Shown here: positions 62,393 through 64,000 of the stretch, piece after piece
Layout of the letters: each line of letters begins with the position of its first letter
How positions within the stretch are numbered: position 1 is the stretch's first letter
From: Candidatus Zixiibacteriota bacterium
GTDB lineage: Bacteria > Zixibacteria > MSB-5A5 > UBA10806 > 4484-95
Assembly (NCBI GenBank): GCA_021159005.1
Contig: JAGGSN010000187.1
Location: 6,972-70,971 of the forward strand
Direction of reading: 5' to 3'
DNA: 64,000 bases
Program-made: the position numbers and the translations under genes
Notes under the pieces: generated by a model
Database searches by the model: none
What the model was told of the DNA's origin: nothing
The model's input: only the letters and a program-made list of their open reading frames with translations

Positions 62393-63518
62393 CTATCTCG
62401 AAATCTTACCCGCGCCCTTTTTACTACCCCTATGAGACAGATAACCTGAGATGAAAACATCCAATCCGCCATCCATAACCATCTGGATATTGGATGTTTC
62501 AATATTAGTGCGATGGTCTTTTACCATGTTGTAGGGATGAAAAACATAAGAACGAATCTGACTGCCCCATTCAATTTTCTTTTTATCAGGTTCCTTTTTA
62601 GCCAATTTTGCTTGTTCCAATTCAAGATAATGCTGATAAAGGCGCGATTTTAAAATCTTCATTGCCGATTCTTTATTCTTATGCTGGGAACGCTGAGTCT
62701 GGCATTGGACAACGATTTTTGTGGGCAAATGCGTAATCCTTACCGCCGATGAGGTTTTATTGACATGCTGACCGCCAGCGCCCGAGGCTCGATAGGTGTC
62801 AATCCGCAAGTCCTCGTCATTAATTTCAACGCTTACGTTGTCTTCTATCTCGGGGATGACAAAAACCGAGGCAAACGAAGTATGACGGCGATTATTAAAA
62901 TCAAACGGCGACAGCCGCACTAACCTGTGAACTCCCGATTCGGCTTTCAAATATCCGTAGGCATGGTCGCCTCTTACCTCTACGGTTGCTGACTTTATAC
63001 CGGCTTCCTCGCCGTCGATATAATCCAAGGTCTCAGTCTGGAAACCTTTCTGCTCTGCATAGCGAAGGTACATCCGTAAAAGCATCTGCGCCCAATCCTG
63101 AGACTCGGTTCCGCCGGCTCCGGGGTGGATAGTTAGTATGGCATTTTTGTCATCATCCTCGCCGGAGAGAATAGATTTAAACTCGAAACTATCTATCTGT
63201 TTGACTAAAGATTCCGCCTGAATGGCAATATCCTGAAGGGATGTTTCGTCGTTATCGGAATTAGCCAACTCTGAAAGCTCTTTAAGGTCGGAGACCTCGC
63301 TATGGAGTTTTGTCCATAATTCGATTATGTTTTTTTTGCGGGAAGATTCTTTAAGGATTGCCTGAGCTTTCAGATTATCATTCCAGAAACCATCGACTTG
63401 AGTTTGCTTATCAAGCTTGGCAACCTCATCTTTAAGGGTATCGATGTCAAAGATACCCCCGTAATTTCATCAGGCGGTCGTCTAATTTATCGAAATCTAT
63501 TTCAAGATGATAAGCCAT
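62393..63518 (-). CDS. prfB: peptide chain release factor 2, requires programmed +1 ribosomal frameshift (join 63518..63450, 63448..62393)
   Basis: frame-0 MAYHLEIDFDKLDDRLMKLRGYL ends at in-frame TGA within AGGGGGTATCTTTGAC; +1 frame continues DIDTLKDEV… into the SGAGGQHVNKT (GGQ) ORF. Confidence 0.85.
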
Positions 63519-64000
63519 TTATTTATTCCATTTAATTTTAAAGAAATTTTTCTTGCCGATTTTTATAACATTATCATTCGACAAATCAACTTTTTGATCT
63601 TTATCGGCAATTTTCGCCCCATTTAGCTGAATGCCGCCGCCTTTAATCAACCTTATAGCGGCGCTGTTGGATTTAGCTATGCCTGAGGCCGCAATAACCT
63701 TCACAATCCAGACTCGAGGTTCATCGCTGCTTATCAAAAGCTCCGGAATATCATCGGGAATAATCTTTTTCGAGAACTTCATTTCGAAATCGTTTCGGGC
63801 TTTTTCCGCCTCCGCCTTATTATGATATAACTCAACAAGTGTCCAGGCCAGTTCCTTTTTCAAAACCATTGGATTTACTGAATCGGATTCAAGCTGCAGC
63901 TTAATCTGCTTAAGCTTATCTTCATTGACTTCAGTGGCTAAGGTGAAATAATTTAATATCTGATTATCCGGAATCGACATTGCTTTGCCGTATATTTCAG
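63519..64000 (-). CDS. tyrS: tyrosyl-tRNA synthetase, C-terminal portion (5' end lies beyond window)
   Basis: S4-like RNA-binding C-terminal domain IRLIKGGGIQLNGAKI…FFKIKWNK resembles TyrS C-terminus; coordinates at the window edge may be off by 1. Confidence 0.55.
   Translation of the reverse strand, partial: EIYGKAMSIPDNQILNYFTLATEVNEDKLKQIKLQLESDSVNPMVLKKELAWTLVELYHNKAEAEKARNDFEMKFSKKIIPDDIPELLISSDEPRVWIVKVIAASGIAKSNSAAIRLIKGGGIQLNGAKIADKDQKVDLSNDNVIKIGKKNFFKIKWNK

Overview
The window is a low-GC (roughly 40-45%) bacterial chromosomal segment made almost entirely of core informational genes on the + strand, with one ~4.7 kb accessory stretch and intergenic regions dense with structured repeats. 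Gene order: rsgA, rpsU-yqeY-cvpA-mutS2-dnaG-rpoD (an expanded MMS-type cluster), ffh-rpsP-KH-rimM-trmD-rplS-rnhB, a MATE transporter, fur, ecfT, truA, tal/fsa, purB, psd-pssA, purS-purQ, DUF4321 and tatA. From 29.6 kb there is an uninterrupted ribosomal super-operon: tRNA-Thr-tuf-rpmG-tRNA-Trp-secE-nusG-rplKAJL-rpoBC-rpsLG-fusA-tuf-S10/spc/alpha operons through rplQ. It ends with prfB (carrying its canonical programmed +1 frameshift) and the 3' end of tyrS on the - strand. The accessory stretch (24.9-29.6 kb) sits between the tatA locus and tRNA-Thr. It holds an IS110-like transposase 3' remnant, a small GIY-YIG-like nuclease gene bracketed by hairpin repeats, and a - strand operon for three secreted proteins: an FN3 lipoprotein, a DUF4384/PEGA protein and a Lys-rich TSP3-motif protein. 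The main hunting result is an undescribed repertoire of at least five families of short palindromic (REP/BIME-like) repeats. They sit in intergenic regions in composite and tandem arrangements, and some act as intrinsic terminators. Other notable points are two nucleotide-identical tuf copies whose codon usage (ATA-Ile, ACG-Thr, AAG-Lys) is very unlike neighbouring genes, a probably inactive HD-GYP protein, long Lys-rich C-terminal tails on S3 and S16, and an operator-like tandem palindrome upstream of tatA. No CRISPR array, rRNA or intact mobile element was found. All calls come from reading the sequence; no database search was possible.
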